Below, in pieces: positions 40,180 through 51,102 of a stretch of 64,000 bases of DNA. Source of the DNA: an uncultured Chloroflexia bacterium (GTDB taxonomy: Bacteria; Chloroflexota; Anaerolineae; DAOTYC01); NCBI GenBank assembly GCA_963843645.1, contig CAWJLE010000007.1, forward strand, positions 36,125 through 100,124. The letters are read 5' to 3'. The number at the start of each line of letters is the position of its first letter. The first letter of the stretch is position 1. The notes beneath the pieces were generated by a model, which saw nothing but the letters and a program-made list of their open reading frames with translations, was not told the origin of the DNA and did no database searches. Made by a program: the position numbers and the translations under genes.

Positions 40180-40290
40180 TCATTTCGGCTGCACGACGTC
40201 CAGCGCCGCGCCGCTGAAGACCCGGCCTTCGTCCGAAGCGAGGAACACGGCGACTTCGGCGACCTCTTCCGGCGAAGCGATGCTGGACGG
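40180..40290 (-). pseudogene. C-terminal remnant of a short-chain dehydrogenase
   Basis: [28 protein letters not shown]; no upstream coding part (the tkt terminator lies directly upstream). Confidence 0.55.
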
Positions 40291-40409
40291 GTCCTCTTCC
40301 GGATGGGCTCTTTTCGCATGTGGCGTGTGAAAAAAGAAGGAGCCGGGCGGCGCCGCACGCTCGCGCGACACCGTCCGGCTCCACGTTCGGGTCCGATCGG
40401 ACCACGACG

Positions 40410-42422
40410 TTACTTGTCGAGGAGCTTCAACGCGTGGTTGACCACATTCTCGGCCGTGAAGCCGAACTTTTCCATGACGACGTCGGTCGGCGCGGATGCG
40501 CCGAAGCGGTCCATGCCGATGACGTCGCCGTCCGGGCCGACGTATCGACACCAGGACCTGGTCACACCGGCTTCCACTGCCAACCGGGCGGCAATCGCGG
40601 GCGGCAGGACCTCGTCGCGGTAGGCTTTCGGCTGCGCGTCGAAGAACTCGAAGCACGGCATGCTGACCACGCGGGCGTTGACGCCCTTCTCGGCCAGCTG
40701 ATCGCGAGCCACGAGCAGGTGCTGTACTTCGGAGCCGGTGCCCATCAGGATGATGTCGGGCTTGCCATTGGGCGCGTCAGCCAGGACGTAGCCGCCCTTC
40801 ATGAGGCCTTCGGCGAGAAGCGACCTGGGTGGAATCGAGGACCGGGACGTTGTGCCGGGTGAGTGACAGGCACACCGGGCCGGTCTTGTGCTGCAGCGCG
40901 ACTCTCCAGGCCACGACGGTCTCGTTCACGTCAGCGGGCCGGATGACGGTCATGTTGGGGATGGCGCGCAGCGCGCACAGGTGCTCGATGGGCTCGTGGG
41001 TGGGGCCGTCCTCGCCGACGCCGATGCTGTCGTGGGTCAGAACGTAGATGACGTGCAGCCCCATGAGAGCCGCCAGGCGCATGGACGGGCGCATGTAGTC
41101 GGAGAAGGTCAGGAAGGTGGCGCCGAAGGGGACGATACCGCCGTGCAGGGCCATGCCGTTCATGATGGCGCCCATGCCATGCTCGCGAACGCCGAAGTGC
41201 ATGTTGCGGCCGGCGTAATTGTCCGCGCTCGAAGTCGCCCGCGCCCTTGACGTAAGTCGTATTGGACGGCGCCAGGTCGGCGGACCCGCCCAACAGGTTG
41301 GGCAGGCGCGAGGTCATCAGCTCGATCATCTTGCCCGGACGCGGCGCGGGTCGCGACTGCCGCCGTCCTTGGCCGCGTACTTCGGCAGGTCCTGGTCCCA
41401 GCCCGCCGGCAGCTCGCCGGCCATGATCATCTTCCACTCGGCAGCCAGGTCGGGGTAGGCGGCTGCCCAGGCGTCGAACCGCTTCTGCCATTCGGCCTCG
41501 CGCTTCTGGCCGTCCGCGAGGAGCGTCTGGTAGTTGGCGTAAACCTCGTCGGGCACGTAGAACTTGGGCTCCACGGGCCAGCCGATCCGTTCCTTGGTCT
41601 TGTCGATCTCCTCCTGGCCCAGGGGCGAGCCGTGGGAGCTGGACGAGTCCTGCTTGGTGGGCGCGAACATCGCAATGTGGGTCCGGGCGATGATCAGGGA
41701 CGGCCGCCCGGTCTCGGCCTGCGCGGCCTTCAATGGCGGCGCCGATGGCCTCGTGGTCGTAGCCGTCGACGTGCTGGACGTGCCAGCCGTAGGCCTCGAA
41801 GCGCTTGCCGACGTCTTCGGTGAAGGCCAGGTCGGTGGACCCGTCGATGGTGATGCGGTTGCTGTCGTACAGGTAGATCAGCTTGCCCAGCTTGAGGTGC
41901 CCGGCCAGCGAGGCCGCTTCGGCGCGACACGCCTTCCATCAAGTCGCCGTCGCCGCAGATGCCGTAGCTGTAGTGGTCGACGATCGTGTGGCCGGGTCGA
42001 TTGTAGCGCGTCGCCAGGTACTGCTCGGCGATGGCCATGCCGACGCTGTTGGCCAGGCCCTGGCCCAGCGGGCCCGTGGTCGTTTCCACGCCGGGGGTCA
42101 GGCCGTGCTCGGGGTGGCCCGGCGTGATGCTGCCCCACATGCGGAAGTTCTTCAGCTCGTCCATGGACACCTCGTAGCCGCTCAGGTGGAGCAGGCTATA
42201 GATGAGCATGGAACCGTGCCCGGCGGACAGCACGAAGCGGTCGCGGTCGGCCCAGTTGGGGTTGGCGGGATTCTGCTTGAGGAAACGAGTCCACAGGATG
42301 TAGGCCATGTCGGCCGCGCCCATGGGCATGCCGGGGTGGCCGGAGTTGGCCTTCTGGACGGCATCCATGGTCAGCGCACGGATGGCATTGATGCTGAGTT
42401 GATCCAGGTCTTTCTGGTTCAT
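40410..42422 (-). CDS. tkt: Transketolase (several frameshifts)
   Basis: [61 protein letters not shown]. Confidence 0.96.
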
Positions 42423-42596
42423 TGCTTTTGCCTCCATATTATAGTCTGCTCGGAAAGCTGCGCTCGACGGTGGGCGCCCGAACGCGGACCGGTGCGGCAG
42501 CGGGCGCCAACAGGCAGGACGACTCTGTTTGTTAAGACAGGCACGATTATAGCATGCCGGGCAAGCTTAATCAAGCGAATCGGGGGATCCGTCAAA

Positions 42597-42630
42597 GGAC
42601 TTCCGAAGTTTCCAAAACTTCGGAAGTCCG
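42597..42630. repeat. REP family A
   Basis: ggacttccgaagtttccaaaacttcggaagtcc. Confidence 0.85.
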
Positions 42631-42643
42631 AGGAACGTCACGA

Positions 42644-43252
42644 TCAGTGATTGCGGGAGTCCTTCGTCGCGGCCAGGGCGTAGCAGTCTCCGCTGAGGGG
42701 CAACGGCTCGCCGGGCGCGAACCCGGCCGTCTGCAGCCGGAGAGTGGCCTGCTCGGGCGGGATTCGGTGCTCTGCCGGGGGACCGTGCTCGGTCTGGCCT
42801 GCGCGCCATTCGACGAGGAGCGCCCGGCCGCCCGGGACGAGGACGCGATGCGCCTCGGCCAGCAGGCGCTCCGGTTCGTCGACTTCGTGCAACACGAGCG
42901 ACAGAAGCACCCGGTCGAAGACCTCGTCGGCGAAGGGCAGGGCGAAGTGGTCGCAAACCACCGGCACGATGCCGTCCACGCCGGCCACCGCGGCTCGCCG
43001 CCGCAAGTGGTCCAGCAGAAGCGGCTCGACGTCCGCGGCGACCACGCCGACGCCGGGATCCATTCGCCGCGCGATGGGCACGCTGAAGAACCCGGGGCCG
43101 GCGCCGAAATCGAGCAGGCGCAGTCCCGGCTGTAGGGCCAACTGTTCCATGATCAAGTCGGGACGCAGCCACACCGCGCGATCGGGTGACAGCAGACGCC
43201 CCACTCTGGCGGGATCGAAACGACGCGATGAGCGTTCAGAGGGCATATCCAT
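42644..43252 (-). CDS. Class I SAM-dependent methyltransferase
   Basis: LLDFGAGPGFF, LHEV, RVLVPGG, EW...GPP. Confidence 0.85.
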   Translation of the reverse strand: MDMPSERSSRRFDPARVGRLLSPDRAVWLRPDLIMEQLALQPGLRLLDFGAGPGFFSVPIARRMDPGVGVVAADVEPLLLDHLRRRAAVAGVDGIVPVVCDHFALPFADEVFDRVLLSLVLHEVDEPERLLAEAHRVLVPGGRALLVEWRAGQTEHGPPAEHRIPPEQATLRLQTAGFAPGEPLPLSGDCYALAATKDSRNH

Positions 43253-43258
43253 GGCGTG

Positions 43259-43286
43259 ATTGTACGCAAGCGCGGACGCGTGTCAA
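43259..43286 (-). promoter_or_regulatory. Promoter abutting the start codon (probable leaderless mRNA)
   Basis: TTGACA-16-TACAAT, then 6 nt to ATG 43252; no SD sequence. Confidence 0.55.
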
Positions 43287-43306
43287 GTCGTTGTGGGCCT
43301 GCCTCC

Positions 43307-43455
43307 CACCCACTTTGCTCTCTCAGCCGCCGCAGACCTCTCTCCCGGCCTCTCCCCTGCAAAGGGAGAGGAGAACGTCAACCGATTTGCTCCTCTCCCT
43401 TTGCAGGGGAGAGGCCGGGAGAGAGGTCTGCGGCGGCTGAGAGAGCAAAGTGGGT
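43307..43455. repeat. REP family B variant with extended unique arms
   Basis: acccactttgctctctcagccgccgcagacctc...gaggtctgcggcggctgagagagcaaagtgggt. Confidence 0.85.
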
Positions 43456-43544
43456 AGGAGCCAGGTAGGCCAGCCGTAGACCGTTCGGCCGGGACGTGGT
43501 ATAATAGAGATGCCGGCGTCTACTCCGACCAGGGGAGAGATCAC

Positions 43545-44597
43545 GTGGCCCAGACCGCAACCCAACCAATGACCGATCAGCTGCGCGTGGATTCCTTGCT
43601 GGACGTCGTAAAGGACGCCCGGCGCGTCCTGATCTTGCCGCACAACGATCCTGACCCGGATGCCATCGCCGGCGCCTTGGCGCTGGATTACCTGCTTCGC
43701 AGCGGGCGCTCGCTGAGCGTCACTATCGCGTACGATGGCGTCGTCGGCCGAGCCGAGAATCGCGCTCTGGTCGCCTATCTGCAGGCTCCTCTGGAAAAAA
43801 CCTCCAAGATCGACTTCGACTTATTCGATGTAATCGCCCTGGTCGACTCGCAGCCGGGAGCGGGGAACAACGCCCTGCCTCCCAATCGCGCCGTCGACAT
43901 CGTGATCGATCACCACGAGCCGATTCGCGAGCGCACGAACGAGGCCCGGCACTGCGACGTGCGGCTGAACGTCGGCGCCACGTCGACGATTCTGACGGGC
44001 TACGTGGTGGCGGCCGGTCTCGAGCTCTATCCCCGGCTGGCGACGGCCCTGTTCTACGGCATCCAAACCGACACGTTGGGACTCGGCAGGCACGCGAGCG
44101 CGGCGGACAAGGCGGCCTACGTGCGCCTGCAGCCGCTGATCGAGGTCGACGAGCTGATTTCCATCGAGCGCGCTCAAGTCCCACGCGAGTACTTTCGGGT
44201 GCTGGACCAGACGCTGCGCCGGGCGGAAATGTACGGCGACGCGGTCGTCGCTCACCTGGGGGACATCTATCGGCCGGACATGCCGGCCGAGATGGCGGAC
44301 GTGCTGTTGCGATTGGAGGGGACCCGGTGGGTGATGTGCAGTGGGTTCCACCACGACGTGCTGTACGTGTCGATGCGCAGCACGCGGATCAATCCGGGGG
44401 CCGGACAGGTGGCGCAGGCAGTGGTTGAGGGGCTGGGGACGGCCGGCGGCCACGGAACGGCGGGCGGAGCCCAGATTCCGGTCGACCATCAGGATCGAAA
44501 AGCGGTGGTCGCCGAGCTGCAGCGCCGCTTCCTGGCTGCCCTGGGACGCGCGGACGTGCCGGTCCGGCTGTTGATCGCGGAGCAACAACCAGGTTAG
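43545..44597 (+). CDS. DHH-family phosphoesterase (NrnA-like)
   Basis: HNDPDPDA, LVDSQ, VIDHH, GIQTDT, AGGH. Confidence 0.9.
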   Translation: MAQTATQPMTDQLRVDSLLDVVKDARRVLILPHNDPDPDAIAGALALDYLLRSGRSLSVTIAYDGVVGRAENRALVAYLQAPLEKTSKIDFDLFDVIALVDSQPGAGNNALPPNRAVDIVIDHHEPIRERTNEARHCDVRLNVGATSTILTGYVVAAGLELYPRLATALFYGIQTDTLGLGRHASAADKAAYVRLQPLIEVDELISIERAQVPREYFRVLDQTLRRAEMYGDAVVAHLGDIYRPDMPAEMADVLLRLEGTRWVMCSGFHHDVLYVSMRSTRINPGAGQVAQAVVEGLGTAGGHGTAGGAQIPVDHQDRKAVVAELQRRFLAALGRADVPVRLLIAEQQPG

Positions 44598-44598
44598 C

Positions 44599-45003
44599 TC
44601 ACGACTTCATCTCGAGATTAGTGCCACAATACGAGCAGCGGGCCGTGACCGCGCTCGTCCATTCGACCTGGGATGGCTCCACAGGCGCACCGCAGGCCTG
44701 GCATCGCCCCGGCAGCCGGGCGGGATCGTGCTCCCGCGGCGCGGACGGCGAGGCCGCGCCCGGATCGGCGTTACCATCGGGGACGTCGACGCCGGCAGTG
44801 CGTGGGTAAGCGGCTTCGACGACCATGCTCAGGACCACGAGCACCAGGATGCCGGGCCACCACCATTGGGTCGCGGCCAGCACGGCGATCCCGAGCAACC
44901 AGACGGCGGCGTGCATTCGCCGCCACGCGAATCCAACTCTGGCGCCACGAACCTGGCGCCGCTCGGCGACCCGGCTCAGTCTGTTGCCTCGCATTCGTCG
45001 CAT
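44599..45003 (-). CDS. Membrane protein with a C-terminal zinc ribbon
   Basis: Hydrophobic WWWPGILVL segment; CQACGAP...CSYCG. Confidence 0.6.
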   Translation of the reverse strand: MRRMRGNRLSRVAERRQVRGARVGFAWRRMHAAVWLLGIAVLAATQWWWPGILVLVVLSMVVEAAYPRTAGVDVPDGNADPGAASPSAPREHDPARLPGRCQACGAPVEPSQVEWTSAVTARCSYCGTNLEMKS

Positions 45004-45149
45004 GAAGTCACCCCTTGCCCGTCCTCTGTGCTGTCCTGATGTCCTGATGATAGCACCGAAGACCCATCTGGACAAGGGCCGCGCCCCCAGGACGAGCGCA
45101 ACAACTTTAATGCCTTCGCCCTGGTCATGCCCCCTTACTCCGAGGCTTA

Positions 45150-46380
45150 TCAGCCGTCCTCGTCGGAGCCGTGGTGATCTCCTCCGCCCTCCGATTTGCC
45201 CGATTCGTGCCCACCGCCGCCGCTCTGGTGCGAGTCACCTCGATCGCCGCCGGAGTCGTGCTGGTCGCCGGCGGATTTGATCTGAAAGCCGTCGTCCGCG
45301 GCTCGCAAGTCCGATTCATCCGATTGCGACCCGGTCAGGGACGAATCCTCTCGGTCCTCAGCCTCGCCCGCCGACCGGTCCGCGGGAGCCACACCGTCCT
45401 TGCGGTCCTGGCTCTCGTCCTGGAGTGAGGCCGGCCCGCTCTTTGAGCCTGCGGGGTCTGCTATTGCGCCGGCGCGCTCGACACCAACCTTGTCCTCGTC
45501 CCCTTCGGATCCGCCGGAATCCCTCACGCCCGGTTGCACCGCCGTTGGGGCAGACGTGCCAGGGGGACTGGATGGAGTCGCCGTCGCGGCGTGGGCAGCG
45601 GTCGGGGACGGGACTGTCTGGACGTCGGCGTGATTGTCAAGGCGGCCCAGCTCGAGATTCGCGCGACTGTGGAAACGGCGCAGAGTGTCCGTTACGCTGC
45701 TCGGTGCCGCTGCGCCGTCGCCCGATCCCTCGATGGAGGCCAGCTCTTCTTCGCCGCTGGCAGTGGCGTCCGCAATGTGCTCCCAGACCACTCTGGCAGT
45801 TGCCAGGCCGGCGGCCTTGTCGAATTCCTGCTCCATGTCCTCCAGCGTGGACGGATCCCATCGGTCGTCCTGCTGGTCCAGCTGCACGGCCTCTTTCAGA
45901 CGGCGCAACGCAAACGTCGTATGCAAGGTCGCGCGACGCACGGGGTCCTGGGTCAGGCCCAGTTGAATCTGACTCTGACGCCCGTTTGACCGGGTAGAGC
46001 GGACTGCCGGGCAGGCTGTTGGCAGACACGGCCAGGACTCCGCCGCCGCCCACACCGATCACCAGGATGGCGATGAGCCCCACGGCTGCCGCACGGGTGA
46101 ACAGGCCGGTCCACCGGCGACGCGGCCCAGGCTGATTCTCTGCTCGAAGGGCATCGGCACGGGCCAGCAGCTGTTCCTCGAGGCGCAGCACAGCCGCCGG
46201 CTCCATTGGAGGCATCCGGACCTGGGTCATGTGCTCAGCGGCGCGCAGCAAAGGCTCCAACTCGGCGACCAACTCCGGATGGGCGGCGAGGCACTCCCTG
46301 GCCGTAGCCTCACCGCGCTCGATCTGCTCCACACAGGCGGTCACAATGTCTTCGAATTCAGGACTGACGTGCGCTTTCAC
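45150..46380 (-). CDS. DUF5667-type putative anti-sigma factor (frameshift near 45975)
   Basis: CLAAHPELVAELEPLL, TM helix, SLPGSPLYPVKRASE, RRLKEA; follows the ECF sigma gene. Confidence 0.7.
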
Positions 46381-46922
46381 GTCTTCCCCTCCATGACCCG
46401 GTTCAGAGCAGCGAGAGCCCGGTGCTGTAGCGATTTGACGGCGCCTTCGGTCTTGCCGAGACGGCGGCCGATGTCGGCAAGCGACTGGTGTTCCGCGAAC
46501 CGCAAAACCAGGACCAGACGCTGATCCTCGGTCAGTTCCTGCAAAGCAGCACGCACCTGTGCTTCTTCGTCCTGGCGGACCGCGACATCGTGCGGCTCAT
46601 CGTCGTGGCAGGCCAAATCGTCCGTCAGCGCGGAGCAATCGGGACGCCGGGATTGCCGCCGGTAGTAATCGACGAGTCGGTCGCGAGCGATGCGGAAGAG
46701 CCAGGCCGAGAAAGGAAGGCCCCGGTACTCGAAAGAGTCCAGGCTCTCCAGGGCGCGCAGAAAGACCTCTGACGTCAGATCTTCTGCGGTGTGCGCGTCA
46801 TTGACCCGCAAGTAGAGGTACCTGTAGATCGATTGTACGTTGGCGCGATAGAGCTCGCTAATCGCGGTCTTGTCGCCGGCCCTCGCGCGCGCAATGAGAC
46901 GCGCTTCGTCGGTCAAATGCAC
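46377..46922 (-). CDS. ECF sigma-70 factor
   Basis: AEDLTSEVFLRAL, FSAWLFRIAR, GKTEGAVKSLQHRAL. Confidence 0.92.
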   Translation of the reverse strand: MHLTDEARLIARARAGDKTAISELYRANVQSIYRYLYLRVNDAHTAEDLTSEVFLRALESLDSFEYRGLPFSAWLFRIARDRLVDYYRRQSRRPDCSALTDDLACHDDEPHDVAVRQDEEAQVRAALQELTEDQRLVLVLRFAEHQSLADIGRRLGKTEGAVKSLQHRALAALNRVMEGKT

Positions 46923-47215
46923 GTACAGAAACCTCTCATCGCTCAGATGGCGTAACATCTCCTGCCCGTGCATCTGTTATACCGCACGAACAGGCAAAAG
47001 GATATGGCTTATGGTGCCCGAGCTCGGTACTTTGGTCCCATTCAGCGGTGACTGGAGCGTGGGTAAGTGACGGGGCAGCGGGGTGGAAGGCCCGCAGAGA
47101 AGTCAGGCGGCCGGCCGACCGGTCTAGTGCGTCCGACAGTCCTCCGGGCCGGCCACAGTATAAGTGCATCCGAATCAACCGCCAAATTGGCGGGCTTTCG
47201 CATCGAGATTCGCCC

Positions 47216-47304
47216 TTTACAGGCTCATCATTGTGTGATATAATGCTGATATATCACAACGCACTCGCGAGTGCGTTGACAACTTTCAGCCCCTATGCTA
47301 TAAT
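47216..47304 (+). promoter_or_regulatory. Tandem sigma-70 promoters with two palindromic operator candidates
   Basis: TTTACA-17-TATAAT (47216-47244); TTGACA-17-TATAAT (47276-47304); TGTGATATA-N7-TATATCACA; perfect 22-bp palindrome at 47257-47278. Confidence 0.75.
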
Positions 47305-47788
47305 GTTGCAATCAGTTCTTCAGATTTTTAAGCCAGCACTGTATTGGCTTTGATAACCTTGGTTCACAGCAACGGTCGTCGTATGATTGGCTGACAACGT
47401 GCAATGTTCTCCGTGCCTCTGAATCGAGTCTGGAGGCGCACGCTTGTTTGGCCCCCTTCTTGTTGGTGCACCCTTCACTTCAGCAGACTTTAAGTGACCC
47501 CAATTCAGGTTATTCACTGAACCATCGTTCTACTCGAGCGCAGGTCGTTCGTTCGAGTCGAGGCGCAAGTTAAGATGGCGAGATTCCCCCTGAATGAACA
47601 GGGAAGTTCTCCGGCAGCTTGTGTGCTTTTTGGGTTTGCGGCTGTAGGCTAGATGCTGAATCATTTAGGCAGGGGTAGGTTTTTGCCTTATCACGAGGGG
47701 GGGTGAGGCCGGGCATCAGAGTTGCGTCGTCGTTGGGAGAGCCGCACGGGGTTGAGCACCGTGCCCATTACTTTGGGAGGTAGAGAAT

Positions 47789-48997
47789 ATGAAGGTCAAG
47801 TGGTCTGGTTTGCTTACGAAGCTGATGATCGTTGCACTGTTGGCCGGCATGCTCACGGGCTTTGCGCCCGCCGCGGAAAAGACTGAGATCAAGATCGGCG
47901 TGCTTTGCCCTCTGACCGGTCCCATCTCTGCCTACGGGCAGGACCAGAAGAATGCGGTTGAGATGGCGCTGGAAGAGATCAATGCGGCCGGCGGCATCCT
48001 CGGCAAGAAGCTCGTCATGCAGGTCGAAGACGACGAGAAGAAGCCGGAGCTGGCAGCCAGTATGACCCAGAAGCTCATCAACGACGGCGTTGATGTCATC
48101 ATCGGCGGCATGTCCAGCTCGGAGACGATGGCTGGCGGTCCGATTGCCACGTCCAAGAAGGCTCTCATGATTTCTCCGTGGTCCACCAACCCGGCGGCCA
48201 CGGACGGCCAGTGGGTCTTCCGGGCCTGCTTCTCCGACGCATTCCAGGGCAAGATTCAGGCCAACTACATGGCCATGCCCGCGGCTACCACGGAGATGAC
48301 GACCACGACGGCCACGACCGAAACGGTCTCCTCCGGCCTGGGCTGCAAGCGGCCGGCTCAGCTTCTGGACGTTGGCGACGACGGCTCGAAGGGCCAGGGC
48401 GAAGTGGTGGAAGCCACGCTGAACGCGGCGGGCATTCCCCTGGTGGCCAAGGAAAGCTACAGCACCGGCGACAAGGACTTCAAGGCCCAGTTGACCAAGA
48501 TCAAGGCCCTGGATCCGGACTGCCTCGACACTCCGAACTACTACCAGGAAGTTGCTCTGATTCGCATCCAGATGAAGGAACTCGGCATTGACATCCCGCA
48601 CATCGGCGGTGACGGCGTCGACTCCGAGGACTTCTTCAAGATCGCGGGCTCAGCTGCTGCAGGCATGATGATCACCACCCACTACTCGCCGGAAGACCCG
48701 CGCCCGATCGTTCAGGATTTCCGCGCGAAGTTCAAGGAGAAGTACGGCATGGACCCCGCCAGCACCGCAGCACTGTCCTACGATGCAGTGCAGCTGTACA
48801 AGATGGCGGTGGAGAAGGCCGGCAGCCTGGACAAGCAGGCCGTTCGCGACGCTCTGGCCGGTCTGAAGGACGTGACGACGCTGGTCACCGCCCCGACCTT
48901 CACGATGGACAACACCGGTACCGGCATCAAGTCTCTGGCTGTCGTTCAGGCCGGTGACGACGGCAAGTGGCACTTCAAGGCTGTGGTCAACCCCTAA
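47789..48997 (+). CDS. LivK-type amino-acid ABC substrate-binding protein
   Basis: IKIGVLCPLTG, EINAAGGILGK, FRACFSDAFQG, DFKAQLTKIK. Confidence 0.9.
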   Translation: MKVKWSGLLTKLMIVALLAGMLTGFAPAAEKTEIKIGVLCPLTGPISAYGQDQKNAVEMALEEINAAGGILGKKLVMQVEDDEKKPELAASMTQKLINDGVDVIIGGMSSSETMAGGPIATSKKALMISPWSTNPAATDGQWVFRACFSDAFQGKIQANYMAMPAATTEMTTTTATTETVSSGLGCKRPAQLLDVGDDGSKGQGEVVEATLNAAGIPLVAKESYSTGDKDFKAQLTKIKALDPDCLDTPNYYQEVALIRIQMKELGIDIPHIGGDGVDSEDFFKIAGSAAAGMMITTHYSPEDPRPIVQDFRAKFKEKYGMDPASTAALSYDAVQLYKMAVEKAGSLDKQAVRDALAGLKDVTTLVTAPTFTMDNTGTGIKSLAVVQAGDDGKWHFKAVVNP

Positions 48998-49072
48998 AAC
49001 TCGAGTGTCCGGAATCAGCGGGCGGCGCCGCTCAGCGCCGCCCGCTCCTTACTGAGTCGCGTAGGAGAACGT

Positions 49073-49975
49073 ATGCTCACAATTATTGCTCAGCAATTGA
49101 TAAACGCACTGCAACTCGGCAGCGCGTATGCTTTGCTCGCAGTAGGCTACACGATGGTGTACGGTGTGCTGAAGCTGATCAACTTCGCACACGCTGACGT
49201 GTTCATGATCGGAGCCTACGTGGGGTTCTTCATCTTCAATTTTTTGGGGCTTGCGTCTGGGGTGGTTGCATTCATCGTTTGTCTCGTGTTCGCCATGCTC
49301 GGAGCGGCGGTGCTGGCGGTCTTCATCGAGCGCGTGGCTTACCGCCCTCTGCGTACGGCGCCCCGCCTGTCGGCCATGATCACGGCCATCGGCGTGTCCC
49401 TGGTTCTGGAAAATGGTTCGCGCGCCGTGCCCTTCATCGGCCCTGATTTCCGCCGGTATCCCGAAATCATCCCTTCGACTACTTTTCAAGTCAGCGGCGT
49501 GTACTTCACCAGCACGCTCGTCGTCATCTTGCTTACTTCCGTGATTCTGATGGCGGTCCTGAGCTTCGTCGTCGGTCGTACGATGATCGGCAAAGCGATG
49601 CGTGCCAGTTCCTACGACAAAGAGGCGGCCCTGTTGATGGGCATCGACATCAACCGGGTCATTGCTTTCACTTTCGCGCTTGGCGCTGCCGAGGCTGGCG
49701 CGGCGGGTGTGATGTGGGCGTTGGCTTACCCGGTGATCGATCCCTACCTGGGCCTGATGCCGGGCATTAAGGCTTTCGTGGCGGCCGTGTTGGGAGGCAT
49801 CGGCAGCGTGCCCGGCGCTCTCGTCGGCGGCTTCATTTTGGGCGGCGTCGAGACGCTGACGGCGGCCTTCCTGCCTTCCATGTACCGTGACGCTCTGGCC
49901 TTCACGGTGCTGGCGGTCGTGCTTATCTTCCGGCCCACCGGCCTGTTCGGTGTCGGCGTCCTGGAGAAGGTGTAA
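49073..49975 (+). CDS. livH: LivH-type permease
   Basis: GYTMVYGVLKLINFAH, KAFVAAVLGGIG. Confidence 0.92.
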   Translation: MLTIIAQQLINALQLGSAYALLAVGYTMVYGVLKLINFAHADVFMIGAYVGFFIFNFLGLASGVVAFIVCLVFAMLGAAVLAVFIERVAYRPLRTAPRLSAMITAIGVSLVLENGSRAVPFIGPDFRRYPEIIPSTTFQVSGVYFTSTLVVILLTSVILMAVLSFVVGRTMIGKAMRASSYDKEAALLMGIDINRVIAFTFALGAAEAGAAGVMWALAYPVIDPYLGLMPGIKAFVAAVLGGIGSVPGALVGGFILGGVETLTAAFLPSMYRDALAFTVLAVVLIFRPTGLFGVGVLEKV

Positions 49976-50026
49976 GCAGAACTCGGCTTAGAAAAGGGGA
50001 TTGCATTCACATGAGTCTTCGAGACA

Positions 50027-51087
50027 ATGCAGTGGCTCCAGGTGCGGCCCCGCAGCCGGCTGGACGTGGCCACACAGGGAGTCCGGGCGCCGATTTTCTG
50101 GCTCAGCTGGATATTGATATTGGTCGTGCCCCTGGTTCTGGTGCCGTGGCTGCAGTCGCAAGAGATTCTCAACTCGTACTACTACGACGTGCTCGTGCGT
50201 ATGGGGATCGCGGTGATCTGGGCGGTGAGCCTGAACATGGTCAACGGGCATCTCGGACAGTTTTCCATCGGCCACGCCGGCTTTGCGGGCGTAGGCGCGT
50301 TCGTGTCCGGTATGCTGATTGCCGGCGGCAACCCGGGTGTCTCGGGTGTGTCCGTGCGAGACGCCGGCTTCCTCAGCGCGCTGCCCTCCATCGATCTGGG
50401 CGGCGGGTATGAATTTTCGGCGGCATTCCTGGTGGCCATGCTGATGGGCGGAGTTGCGGCGGCCATGATCGCGTTCGTCATCGGCCTGCCGTCGTTCCGC
50501 ACTCGAGGCGACTACCTGGCAGTGGTCACGCTGGCCTTCAACATGATCATCGTCAATATCTTCCTGAACATGGACTACGTGGGTGGCGCGCGCGGCCTCA
50601 CCGGCCTGCCCGAATTACTCCAACTGGATCTGGGTGTGGCTGGGAGTGATCGCGACGATCGTCATCTCGCGAAACCTGATCAGCTCGGCACACGGGCGGG
50701 CCATGCTCTCCGTCCGCGAGAATGAGGTGGCGGCCGAACTGGGCGGCATCAACACGCTGCGATATAAGCTGGTCGGGTTCTCCATCGGCGCGTTCTTTGC
50801 CGGCATCGGCGGCGCTTTGCTGGGATTCCACGTCCAGTTCATCAACCCGCCCATGTTCAACGTATTCAAATCGATCGATCTGCTGATCATGATCTACCTG
50901 GGCGGAGTGGGCAGCATTACCGGCACCGCCTTCGGCGCGATCCTGTGGACGTTCTTGCAGGAAGCGCTGCGCTCCATCGGCGTCTGGCGGACTGGTGCTG
51001 GGTCCTGTGCTGCTCATCATCATCATGATCTTCTGGACGAAGGGCCTGATGGCCGGTGAGCTGCCGATCATCATCTCAAGAAGGTGA
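50027..51087 (+). CDS. livM: LivM-type permease (frameshifts)
   Basis: GQFSIGHAGF, RGDYLAVVTL, LGGVGS. Confidence 0.88.
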
Positions 51088-51102
51088 GGGAGCGAGCCAA
51101 GG

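Noticed and set aside
47520-47640. Lysine or glycine riboswitch before livK
   Set aside because: Only a GAGGCGC-like fragment is present; the other conserved elements were not found. Kept only as an unknown structured leader.
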